Positions 55,079-64,000 of a stretch of 64,000 nt of DNA are shown here, piece after piece; within the stretch, counting starts at the first letter, position 1; each line of letters begins with the position of its first letter. The DNA is from a virus: the IMG/VR virus record IMGVR_UViG_3300043466_001817, positions 30,096 to 94,095 of that record; one strand, written 5' to 3'. The position numbers and the translations under genes are program-made. Below the pieces are notes generated by a model that was not told the DNA's origin, searched no databases, and saw only the letters and a program-made list of their open reading frames with translations.

Positions 55079-55731
55079 GTAAAAAAAGTTAGTGGGCCAC
55101 TTACCTCGCTTTCGTTTGATTCATTTTTAATTGTAACAAACAAGGTAGGATCTGAAGAAGCAAAACTGTTTATTTGTTTTATTACCGATAAGGGAAGATT
55201 ATCTATTAGTTTTTTAAATTCTTCTGGAACAAATTTATTAAATTCGTATATTTCATTTTCAACACATAATTTTTCTAAACATGCTTTTATATAATCTTCT
55301 TGATCAAAAGACTTCGAAGATACTATATCTTTTATAGTTGGAGTTTGTAATGTCAATATCATGCTATCATTTAATTTAATATTCAAAGTTTGAATACTGT
55401 TTTTAAATTGAATGTTATTTATGTTTATTTTTTGTGGTTTTCCATTTACAAGAAGGTTCAGTACTTCATCAACACTTTTGGATCTTATTTGTAAAAACAA
55501 ATACTCAACATCTGCTAGACACAATGATTCTATATTTTTGATATTAGAATTGTCTTTTACACAATCAATCATTGCGTTAAGAGCAAGTTTTTTATTGTCC
55601 TCTTGCAAAATAATTGATATGTTTTTGGCGTCTTTAACTCTGAAAGGATTAAACTTTACAATCTGTTTACTGTATGGCAATTCCACCTCATATGAAGGAA
55701 ATGCCATTTTTAATTTTTCAATCAACTCCAT
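55069..55731 (-). CDS. gp26: Baseplate hub subunit/chaperone
   Basis: PSYEVELP...KFNPFRVK...DVEYLFLQIRSKSVDE. Confidence 0.85.
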   Translation of the reverse strand: MELIEKLKMAFPSYEVELPYSKQIVKFNPFRVKDAKNISIILQEDNKKLALNAMIDCVKDNSNIKNIESLCLADVEYLFLQIRSKSVDEVLNLLVNGKPQKININNIQFKNSIQTLNIKLNDSMILTLQTPTIKDIVSSKSFDQEDYIKACLEKLCVENEIYEFNKFVPEEFKKLIDNLPLSVIKQINSFASSDPTLFVTIKNESNESEVSGPLTFFTWR

Positions 55732-55742
55732 AAATACTCCTA

Positions 55743-56327
55743 TTACTCGATTATATAATTTCTAAAATTAAATACTACTTGTGCAGTCAAAAATTTATCA
55801 ATAGTCGCTTCATTCAATTCTATTGGCAATGCTTCTATTGGATATACCTCACTAAAAATGTAATTTCCACCAGAGACCCGCTCTCCGTTCATATCCAATA
55901 AAGAAACTTGCATCTTACAGGGTCGTACAATATCATCATAATACGGTACTGTAAATGTATTAGTTTGAAAGGCGTTGGTGGAAGAGTTTCCATAAAGTGT
56001 ATCAAACCATCTGTTTATAAACCTTAATACCCATTGATTTCCGGTTATTGGGACGGTCATTACGATTCCACCAATATATCTTGTGGACTTGGGAACCATT
56101 CTTCCGTATCCGTATCCACTTAATGCATCATATACAACATCGGTTGCTCTGCCGCCAAAAGATACGGCATTAGAAAAGAATGTTTTCTCTACAACAGAGC
56201 CACCATTAAACAATGCTTGAATTGGTTCTGATAAATTTAAAAATTTAACTTTATACCTATTTGGTCTCTGCAAACCACCGTTTGATTGTATGTAATTTTT
56301 AATTACTTCTATTGAATTATCTGCCAT
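55743..56327 (-). CDS. Tail-tube-like protein (gp54-like initiator)
   Basis: GGLQRPNRY.V...YYDD...EVYPI...V.FNFR. Confidence 0.7.
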   Translation of the reverse strand: MADNSIEVIKNYIQSNGGLQRPNRYKVKFLNLSEPIQALFNGGSVVEKTFFSNAVSFGGRATDVVYDALSGYGYGRMVPKSTRYIGGIVMTVPITGNQWVLRFINRWFDTLYGNSSTNAFQTNTFTVPYYDDIVRPCKMQVSLLDMNGERVSGGNYIFSEVYPIEALPIELNEATIDKFLTAQVVFNFRNYIIE

Positions 56328-56739
56328 TTGTGAATAGTTCTCTTTCTGTCAATAGTTTGAACTCTATGTTGTTTTTTTCACAAAATCGTTTGGCCGCTTC
56401 CCATTTTGCATTGTTTATGGCCCATGTATACTTTTCATTCTTACTTGCATTTTCTTTTAACATGGTTTGTTTTTTTGGTTTTACTTCAATTAACCATGTT
56501 TTTTTATTTCCATTGGCCACAAATTCTATTAAAAAATCTGGATAGTAGTTTTTTATCTTATTGTCAATTGGACTTATATAAGGTATGGCAATTTCTTCAA
56601 ATGCCCATTTCAAAATAGATGGATGGTCATCACAAAATTTACATACGTTTCTTTCCCATAAAGAGCGACATGTTATTTTTGTATGATCGCCAACATATTT
56701 TTGAATATTTTTGGGATTATACTTTGTTTTGTATGCCAT
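56317..56739 (-). CDS. gp4: Head completion nuclease (TnsA-like)
   Basis: PKN..KYVGD...RSLWER...EEIAIPYISP.D...YYPDF...EVKP...NNAKW.AA. Confidence 0.9.
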   Translation of the reverse strand: MAYKTKYNPKNIQKYVGDHTKITCRSLWERNVCKFCDDHPSILKWAFEEIAIPYISPIDNKIKNYYPDFLIEFVANGNKKTWLIEVKPKKQTMLKENASKNEKYTWAINNAKWEAAKRFCEKNNIEFKLLTERELFTNGR

Positions 56740-56773
56740 TACAAAATATTTATGAAAAGCATAAATATTATAA

Positions 56774-57571
56774 ATGGCTTATTATCAGTACCCAACATCA
56801 CAAGATAGCAATGAAATACCACTATGGTTAAACTTTTTTGCTGCTGAATATTCTCTTATAAACACAGAGAGAACCCGTGAATCTATAATAAGCAGAAGTT
56901 TTAATCAACTTAGACTGCCTTTACCAAAAGAACCCGGCTATAGCCTTATCCATCAGTTTGGAGAAGGTCAGAACCCAGTTGGGCCTGTCATATCTATGGC
57001 AGGAATGAAAAATAGTGGTGGTATGTCAAATTTTGGTACGTTGTTCTCCAGAGTATTGGCCCCGGTGACCTACTTTGCAGAAAGAATGTATGCCACCAGT
57101 ACCTACAGAAGATTTTCTAACGTGACAGAACTTACTATGGTGTCTGAAGCCCGTAAGTCATATTATCTGGAATACATATTTGTTCCAAAAAATGAACAAG
57201 AATCTTATAATGTTTCGGATATAATTGGTTCATTCAGAAAGTCATCATATCCAACTGTAGCAAATGGATTACCAGAAAGAACATATCCTCAAAATTTGTG
57301 GGTGTTGACATGCACGGATGCTTCTGGAACTGATTCTGGGCTATCTGCAAACTGGCTTGGTGAACCCCTTCCATGTGTTTTGAGCGGTATGTCTGTCAAG
57401 CACGCAGACATTAATGATCCAGTAGTAAGATACTTGCCGAATCTAACCTCATCCGCAATAATGGTTGGATTGAACTTTACTGAGTTTGAAACGGGATCTT
57501 ACGTACCAGATGCAAATGCAACATGGTCAAAGTCCGAAGTATCTGCATTTTATTTTGGTAATAATGAATAA
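56774..57571 (+). CDS. gp48: Baseplate tail-tube cap
   Basis: Synteny; R.Y...Y.FVPKNEQES..V..II..F...PCVL..M.V...L.FTE.E. Confidence 0.65.
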   Translation: MAYYQYPTSQDSNEIPLWLNFFAAEYSLINTERTRESIISRSFNQLRLPLPKEPGYSLIHQFGEGQNPVGPVISMAGMKNSGGMSNFGTLFSRVLAPVTYFAERMYATSTYRRFSNVTELTMVSEARKSYYLEYIFVPKNEQESYNVSDIIGSFRKSSYPTVANGLPERTYPQNLWVLTCTDASGTDSGLSANWLGEPLPCVLSGMSVKHADINDPVVRYLPNLTSSAIMVGLNFTEFETGSYVPDANATWSKSEVSAFYFGNNE

Positions 57572-57588
57572 TATGGAATAAAGTAACT

Positions 57589-58404
57589 ATGAAATATTTT
57601 GAAAAATTACCAAAAATAAATTATGAAACAACCGCTGGAACTTTTACAGTTACCACTCCATATGCTTATTATAAATTTGATGTTGACTCTATTCTTAAAC
57701 AGGATTATGCAATAGACGCCAAAACAACTTTATTAGAAGCTGGAGCGATGTTGTATAAAGATGCAAACTCATTTTGGTTATTTTTACTTGCAAATAAAAA
57801 AATAAATCCCTTTGATTTAGTCCCTACAAACGTTCAGATATTCAATAAACAGAGTGAAGATAAGTATACTTTTAACGTATCCGGTTCTACTGCAAATCAA
57901 TATGTTGTTTTAGGTAAACAATCTGTATTGGTAAATTATGATCCAACCAAATCAGATGGAATAACCGCAACTTATGGTGAAACTGGTCCATGGGATGTTT
58001 ATGGAGATTTTGCTCTAGTTGAAAGCACAAATGCGTATAATAAAAAAATAACGGTTAAACCAGTTAAAGGCACAAAAGGAGATCTTATTATAGGAACTTC
58101 TACAATTAGCCCACTCGTAGGATTTGATTATTCTCCAGTAGTAGAAAATTATTCAACTTCTACAAAAAGTTTAACTGCAGGAACTGCAACAAAATATACT
58201 TCAAGTAAGGCTGGTTCAATAATTCCTTCCATATCTGAAACCACAATACAAGCTATTGCAGATGAAATAATTGAATCTGGATCAACAGGAATTGATTATA
58301 CTGTTTCAGATGTGTTAATTCAAACACCAAAAACTGTAAAAGCATTTTTACCTGGTCAAGTTTCTAAGATATTTAATAACTTAATCTATATTAAATATAG
58401 TTGA
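57589..58404 (+). CDS. gp53: Baseplate wedge subunit
   Basis: MKYFEKLPKINY...LY.DA..FWL.LLAN..INPF. Confidence 0.7.
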   Translation: MKYFEKLPKINYETTAGTFTVTTPYAYYKFDVDSILKQDYAIDAKTTLLEAGAMLYKDANSFWLFLLANKKINPFDLVPTNVQIFNKQSEDKYTFNVSGSTANQYVVLGKQSVLVNYDPTKSDGITATYGETGPWDVYGDFALVESTNAYNKKITVKPVKGTKGDLIIGTSTISPLVGFDYSPVVENYSTSTKSLTAGTATKYTSSKAGSIIPSISETTIQAIADEIIESGSTGIDYTVSDVLIQTPKTVKAFLPGQVSKIFNNLIYIKYS

Positions 58405-58405
58405 T

Positions 58406-60373
58406 ATGAACGATACACGCTCAAATGCATTTCATTCTTCATTAGTTCAAATTGTGCTTGAAGACAATGATGGCGGTGAAACGGGAAATAGACCTACATT
58501 TTCTTATGACATAATGGCCAGAAATCCAGAGTGTGAATTTCACAGATTGGAAATGGAAGAAAATGTATTTGAAATATATCCTGTTGGTGCTTTAATTTTA
58601 AGAGATAAAAAAGATATATTATCTTTTATTAAGACAAATCAAGTTACAAATGTAAAATTAGTATTTCAAAATGCAACTGATAAATCATATATTAATTTAT
58701 CAGTAACTAGTACAAGTTATGTCACAAATGCGGCATCTGATACTGAGCAGAACTTTGTTTCTATAAATGTTTCAAACTACTTTTATAAGTATTCACAAAA
58801 ATCTTCTCTAATAAAAGAGTTAAACGTAAAAAAACCACAAGTCCACAAAACTAGTGATTTTATATCCAAAATTTCTAGAGAAATTTTAGATGTTAAATTT
58901 TCAAATTCAAAACCAACACTGAGAACATGCGATCCTACTGATAATTTTATATTGTATAGACCATTAAATCCAAATGGTCATCATTTAGAATCTGCATCAG
59001 ATAATACATTTCAATATTTGATGTACTTATCTACTCTTGCTACAGGTAAAGATACAAAAAATCCAAGATTCATGTTTTGGACAGAATTTGGAAATACAAT
59101 TAATTTTAAATATTTTCCTGAAACACCATTACAAGATAGACAGGCAATATTAGACAAACTAGATTCCTTTAACTTTAAATATGCAGTTTACAGCGGAGAT
59201 GTTCCACAACAAAAATTTACTGTAGATAACTCCAATGTTACTTTTAAAAAGATTTATACTATAAGCACAGATCCTGCCGATCAATATGTTTCAAAAAACT
59301 ATTATTATATAAGATCTGTTCCTAAATTTTTAGATAATAATCCCAAACCAGGAAATGCTGCAAGTACAGAATACCTAACATTATTTGTTCAAGATGATGG
59401 TCTTAAAAATAATACAGAAATAATTGCTTCTAGTGGAGCCATAAATGGAATTACTGCGGGATCGGATGAATTGCGATACGAAAGCGAATGGGGATATCAT
59501 GCAAAATACATGTCTCCAAATCATGATAACGGAAGTTTGATATCGACCGAATATGGAGTAAGCCCAAAATATGCACTATTTAATTATATGGGTGCAACTG
59601 GTTTTATGAACTATGTCGATTCTGGCCACATGTGGAAAAATATATTTGATTTTACTCCTGTTAGCCCAAACTACCCACTTCCACCAACTGGAAATCCAAA
59701 CACATTTAATTTACAAAAAATAATCGATATCAGATATCAAGTATTAAGTGGAAATAATTTTTCTAATAAAAATTTAGAACTTATAAGAAAGATTGAAAAA
59801 CAAAATTTTATCTTGTATACTTTGTGTTGTATGGGAGAAGACACAGAGGACTCTTTCTTTGCAGAATTGATACAATATAGACCAGATCAAAATGCAAAGA
59901 CTGCAGAAAACGGAAAAGGTCTTAAATTTAGATATAGATGGAAAGGTTTAAAATATACAACAAAAAATACTACGGGCAATGATGGTGGCACATACTATAC
60001 AGATGTAGAAAATTGGGAATACGATCCAAATTTGCAATCAACTGAAGGTGTTGTTATTAATGGAAAAACATATCCAGACAGCACATGGGCAATAAATTTA
60101 AATGAAAGGACTGCAGGTCTGGGAACACCAGATTATTATCCTCCCGGATGGGTTAGTTCAAATTTACCATCAGGATTTAAATATAGACCTGTTGGGGCGT
60201 ATGATACCACATTTAATCCAGAAGAGGGAACAATATCTCACATAGTTAGAATGTACAGGGTCAGTGCAGACAAACTATTGGTTGATTCTGGAGTAGAAGT
60301 TCCATATGATTTAATTGGGGCAAAGATGTATTACTTTACAGTTGAAAATATCGTAGATGGAACATGCAGTTAA
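58406..60373 (+). CDS. Baseplate or hub structural protein
   Basis: Position after gp53; 655 aa. Confidence 0.55.
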   Translation: MNDTRSNAFHSSLVQIVLEDNDGGETGNRPTFSYDIMARNPECEFHRLEMEENVFEIYPVGALILRDKKDILSFIKTNQVTNVKLVFQNATDKSYINLSVTSTSYVTNAASDTEQNFVSINVSNYFYKYSQKSSLIKELNVKKPQVHKTSDFISKISREILDVKFSNSKPTLRTCDPTDNFILYRPLNPNGHHLESASDNTFQYLMYLSTLATGKDTKNPRFMFWTEFGNTINFKYFPETPLQDRQAILDKLDSFNFKYAVYSGDVPQQKFTVDNSNVTFKKIYTISTDPADQYVSKNYYYIRSVPKFLDNNPKPGNAASTEYLTLFVQDDGLKNNTEIIASSGAINGITAGSDELRYESEWGYHAKYMSPNHDNGSLISTEYGVSPKYALFNYMGATGFMNYVDSGHMWKNIFDFTPVSPNYPLPPTGNPNTFNLQKIIDIRYQVLSGNNFSNKNLELIRKIEKQNFILYTLCCMGEDTEDSFFAELIQYRPDQNAKTAENGKGLKFRYRWKGLKYTTKNTTGNDGGTYYTDVENWEYDPNLQSTEGVVINGKTYPDSTWAINLNERTAGLGTPDYYPPGWVSSNLPSGFKYRPVGAYDTTFNPEEGTISHIVRMYRVSADKLLVDSGVEVPYDLIGAKMYYFTVENIVDGTCS

Positions 60374-60388
60374 TTATAGGAAATTATC

Positions 60389-61219
60389 ATGAGTGACGCA
60401 GGACAAATAAAAATAATTGGAAGTAATAAAATGAAAGCACCAATTTATCCATTGGTGTCTGTTAGTGAATATACATGTGCAAACGCTCAAATAACCAAAG
60501 GATTTACAAACGCTCCAGATAGTTTAGAATATTGTTTTGAAAAATTTCCAAAGATAAAACAAGTTGCAGAAATAATAGGAATAACATCTTCTGCTAGCCT
60601 ATGGACCGGACCAGGTAAACAATATGATCCAAATAATTTAAATGATATTTACTTACCAGATCCGTCCGAGGAGATGACTTTAGTAAAACAAAACATGGGA
60701 GACGAATGGCTTGGATGCTACTGGCCAGCACCAGATGCTCCATTTAGCACAAACTGTCCAGACATAAATTCTAGATATGAAGCATATTTAAAACTAAGAT
60801 TAAATATAGCAACATTTTGGAACACACCCAAAGAAACTCCAGTAAAAAGAAGAGAGTTTTTGGATTCTTTAAAATATGCTAGAAAACTTGATCTTGTCAT
60901 ATCAGGTGATTTAAATCTAAAAATAGGGGATATTGTATATGTAAAAGCCGACAATATAAGTGGTTACCCATATTCAACGGGCCAGTCTGTTATGAACGAT
61001 TATTATTGGGTGATGGGCGTAAAGCACACATTCACAAACAGTGGAACACATGAAACCATGATTCGTGTATCGCAAATTTTGCATACATATTACTCAAATA
61101 GCCCGAGCGGGTCTAACACAACAGTAAGTTCTAGTGCTGGTGGATTCAACTTGCCCGGGATAGGATCATCCAATCCAACCAGTCCGTTTACACCACCTGA
61201 TAACGAGATATGGGGTTGA
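60389..61219 (+). CDS. Baseplate hub-like protein (gp27-like C-terminus)
   Basis: ISGDLNLKIGDIV...YWVMGVKHTF. Confidence 0.55.
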   Translation: MSDAGQIKIIGSNKMKAPIYPLVSVSEYTCANAQITKGFTNAPDSLEYCFEKFPKIKQVAEIIGITSSASLWTGPGKQYDPNNLNDIYLPDPSEEMTLVKQNMGDEWLGCYWPAPDAPFSTNCPDINSRYEAYLKLRLNIATFWNTPKETPVKRREFLDSLKYARKLDLVISGDLNLKIGDIVYVKADNISGYPYSTGQSVMNDYYWVMGVKHTFTNSGTHETMIRVSQILHTYYSNSPSGSNTTVSSSAGGFNLPGIGSSNPTSPFTPPDNEIWG

Positions 61220-61231
61220 TAAATATTTAAA

Positions 61232-61612
61232 ATGGCAACTAAAGATTTTTCAATATATTTTGAGCCATCAGTCACCACCAACAGTAAGGTAGACATATCA
61301 ACTGTTTCTGGATATAATTCCATAGTTCAACAGATACAACATGTTGCTAGAACGCAACAAAATGAATTGATTTCTGATATGAGTTTTGGATCAAAAATAT
61401 ATGACTACATATTTCAAGGAAATGTAGATAGAACTTTAATTAACATAACAATGGCGGCTGCTATACAATCAAGCATACCTAGATTGTCTAATGTTAAAGC
61501 CCAAATGTCTTATTATTCGACAGATTTGATAAAATTTGATGTTTATTTTTCAACATTTGATGGTGTCAATTTTCAGAAAAATTCTTATTGCAGCATAGAG
61601 GTCCCACTATAA
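61232..61612 (+). CDS. gp25: Baseplate wedge / sheath initiator
   Basis: SIVQQI..V..T...E...DMSFGSKI..YIF...PR. Confidence 0.75.
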   Translation: MATKDFSIYFEPSVTTNSKVDISTVSGYNSIVQQIQHVARTQQNELISDMSFGSKIYDYIFQGNVDRTLINITMAAAIQSSIPRLSNVKAQMSYYSTDLIKFDVYFSTFDGVNFQKNSYCSIEVPL

Positions 61613-62685
61613 TGGCTTATAATTTAAACGAACTTAAGGTTGCTTCTCTAGATTATTCTTATATTGTAAATTCTTTGGTTACTTTTTTAGAAAAGCAACC
61701 TGAACTAAAAGATATAGACTTTAGAAATAAAGCAAGCGCCGCCAATATGATTGTAAACATATTAGCTACTGCAACTGCTTATAATGGAATATATACACAA
61801 TTAGGTTTAAAAGAATCATTTGTGTCCACTGCATCTTTAATTGAATCTTTGGTTGGTATAGCCTCTAATAGTGGTATTTTGATTTCTCCTGTAAAATCTG
61901 CAAAATCTGTTGCAACTACAACTAAAAGCATTTCTGATTATACAAGTTTTGATGCTATAACACCGGATGGAAGTTCAATACATTTTTACAATCCAGATAC
62001 TATTGTAGGTGCTTCTGGTGGATCTAATGTCAATTTATACGCTGGTTCCGGTATAAATGTATATACAAATTGGGATTTTGAAACAGAATCAATGCTACTT
62101 CCATATACTGTAGATCCCGAGACAATAAGTCTCTATGAAATAACTGATCCTTTTAATCCAACAACAAGTCAAGTAAAATGGACAAGAGTAGAAAAATCAT
62201 TCTTATCAACAGTAGACAATCAGCAAATATTTACGGTTCAAAATTCACCGTTAGGATATTTGGTAACAACAAATTTTGCAAATGCTAAGTTACTGACAAC
62301 TAGTTCTTCTGTAATGGTAAAGGCTGTTGTTTCTGCAGGGGCAGTTGGAAACAGCGCAACAATATCTGATCCAAATTCATTGTTTTCATTTATAGGCACC
62401 CCATCTGGTGGATACAACACTTTGTCTGTGGAGGCAACACGAGCAAAAGTATTGTTTGGACTTAGCCAAGACCGTTGTGTTACTTTACGTGATTATACAA
62501 ATGCAATATTGTCGTCTTATATATCAGGAACAGACGATGAAAGTCTAATTCAAGTTAGAAATGGAGATGTTACAGGTACTGTTAACGTTTATGTTGAAGG
62601 ACTTTCTTCAGAAAATCAAACATTATTGTTGGAGTATCTATCTCAAAGGGCCCCGGCCGGAACTTCAGTGGTTTACGGACAATGA
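61612..62685 (+). CDS. gp6: Baseplate wedge subunit (short)
   Basis: SLDY..I..SL..FL..QPE.KD.DF...QDRCVT..DY. Confidence 0.75.
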   Translation: MAYNLNELKVASLDYSYIVNSLVTFLEKQPELKDIDFRNKASAANMIVNILATATAYNGIYTQLGLKESFVSTASLIESLVGIASNSGILISPVKSAKSVATTTKSISDYTSFDAITPDGSSIHFYNPDTIVGASGGSNVNLYAGSGINVYTNWDFETESMLLPYTVDPETISLYEITDPFNPTTSQVKWTRVEKSFLSTVDNQQIFTVQNSPLGYLVTTNFANAKLLTTSSSVMVKAVVSAGAVGNSATISDPNSLFSFIGTPSGGYNTLSVEATRAKVLFGLSQDRCVTLRDYTNAILSSYISGTDDESLIQVRNGDVTGTVNVYVEGLSSENQTLLLEYLSQRAPAGTSVVYGQ

Positions 62686-63305
62686 TACCATTCTTTTTTA
62701 CAAATCTTCCAGTAACTTTACAGTCTAAACTAGAAACATTCTTAAAAAGAGTGCTAGAAGCATATGGCTCTGAGTATTATAATGTTCAGGGACAATACTG
62801 GGCTGGCGATAAACTAACAGTAGAATCTTTATTTCCAGATTATATTTTAAAGGAATATGAAACCGATCCAACAAAAGTAAGAGTAATACCACTTATCAAA
62901 AATTATTTAAGATGGTTGTTTAGTATGGAATATGGTTACGGTGCTTATGTTAACTGGGAAAACATAAGAACTGGCTTATTGATGGATAGAAAACTGTTAG
63001 AGGGATTGGCAGAAGAATATTTTCCAGGTGAAGACTTTGCATCTTCGGATCTTCAAGATATTTTGCCAAATATAAGATCTTTTTCTTTATTTGCTGAACA
63101 AAATTATTTAAGAGTTAAAGGTACAACTACAGCAATAAGATATGTTTTAGTAGAACTATTAGATTTGCCATATAATACCACAACAGTGACAACATATTCT
63201 AACAATGTTATAAAGATTTATGGAACTGTTCCAGACAAATATAAGGCTTTTTTGAATAGAAACGTATATCCAGCAGGAACAACAATTATATACGAAAACG
63301 TTTGA
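62682..63305 (+). CDS. Baseplate wedge protein (gp7-like or tail P2_I-like)
   Basis: KGT..AI.Y...YPAG; follows gp6. Confidence 0.55.
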   Translation: MIPFFFTNLPVTLQSKLETFLKRVLEAYGSEYYNVQGQYWAGDKLTVESLFPDYILKEYETDPTKVRVIPLIKNYLRWLFSMEYGYGAYVNWENIRTGLLMDRKLLEGLAEEYFPGEDFASSDLQDILPNIRSFSLFAEQNYLRVKGTTTAIRYVLVELLDLPYNTTTVTTYSNNVIKIYGTVPDKYKAFLNRNVYPAGTTIIYENV

Positions 63306-63306
63306 T

Positions 63307-63756
63307 ATGATTAAAAAAATTGTGTCTTTGGCTATGTCAATAGCCTCTAGAGGATTTGATAATAATAAAATAGATATACCAACAAAACAACTAAGAGTTG
63401 TTTCCTGTTTTGGCAACAAAGACAACATTTCAGCCTGCCATCATTTGAAAAAAAGTAAAAATTCAGATTACCACTTTTGTAGTGGTTGTGGGTGTGGAGA
63501 TAAAAACAATACTTGGCTATTAAAAAAGGATGGGGAGTATTCAAAATTGGACTACCCAGTTTTAAATTGTCCTTTAAAAATGCCTGGATTTACAAACTAC
63601 GATCCAAATTATGTTGTAAAAGAAAATAAAGACAGAAGAGAAAAAATAGAAAATATGTCTTTTGAAGATTTAAAGTTAATTCAGATTACTGTTAATTCTG
63701 ACCCGATAAAGGAGCATGATATTAATATTTTAAAGAATATGCTTAAAAATTCATAA
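63307..63756 (+). CDS. Cys-rich Zn-binding hypothetical protein
   Basis: CSGCGCGD...CPLK. Confidence 0.55.
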   Translation: MIKKIVSLAMSIASRGFDNNKIDIPTKQLRVVSCFGNKDNISACHHLKKSKNSDYHFCSGCGCGDKNNTWLLKKDGEYSKLDYPVLNCPLKMPGFTNYDPNYVVKENKDRREKIENMSFEDLKLIQITVNSDPIKEHDINILKNMLKNS

Positions 63757-63767
63757 ATATTTTTATC

Positions 63768-64000
63768 ATGGCCATAAACTCACGACAAGATTTTATAGAT
63801 TATTGCTTCAGGGCTCTCGGAGCGCCAGTTGTTCAGATCAATGTAGATCCACAACAAGCCGAAGATCGTTTAGACGAAGCATTAGAATACATGTATGACA
63901 GGCACTTTGATTTTAATCAAAGAGCAGTATACATACACCAAATATCCGATACCGACATTGCTAGAAAGTATTTTGACACAACCTCATTTGGTCCTGCAAT
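63768..64000 (+). CDS. gp13: Neck protein, partial
   Basis: MAINSRQDFIDYCFRALGAPVVQINVD..Q.EDR.DEAL.Y...HFD. Confidence 0.9.
   Translation, partial: MAINSRQDFIDYCFRALGAPVVQINVDPQQAEDRLDEALEYMYDRHFDFNQRAVYIHQISDTDIARKYFDTTSFGPA

Noticed and set aside
56317-56739. TnsA transposase
   Set aside because: Sequence and synteny match the T4 gp4 head-completion nuclease, which shares the fold.
1-64000. Stop-codon reassignment
   Set aside because: Known genes are full length under the standard code and no suppressor tRNA was found.

Overview
This window is part of a large T4-like (Tevenvirinae/Kyanoviridae-type) myophage genome. The AT-rich backbone carries baseplate, neck and head-completion genes (gp4, gp6, gp13, gp25, gp26, gp48, gp51, gp53, gp54-like), gp32 and gp33, and many TAAATA late promoters. 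It also has 10 tRNAs, a permuted two-piece tmRNA, and accessory enzymes (PurA, GuaC, deaminase, C5 DNA methyltransferase with a nested ORF, SpoU, GroES, lysozyme-LysM). A family of proteins begins with T4 capsid-targeting-like MKxFKQF..E N-termini. The most unusual part is a sharply bounded GC-rich island (about 22.1-34.7 kb) of short, mostly leaderless sigma70 transcription units. These diverge from a perfectly mirror-symmetric promoter pair at 33530-33678. The island is punctuated by six copies of an intergenic DNA element: CTACTATCAGG, a spacer, a 25-28 bp near-perfect palindrome of variable sequence, and TGATAGTAG. Each copy sits between a terminator and the next promoter. Several signals suggest an AT-rich phage adapted to a GC-rich host, possibly a planctomycete: tRNAs for A-ending codons including Ile(UAU), a G-to-A nucleotide rerouting pathway, and a PAP-type PEP-CTERM tail. 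All protein calls come from motif recognition only; no database searches were run.
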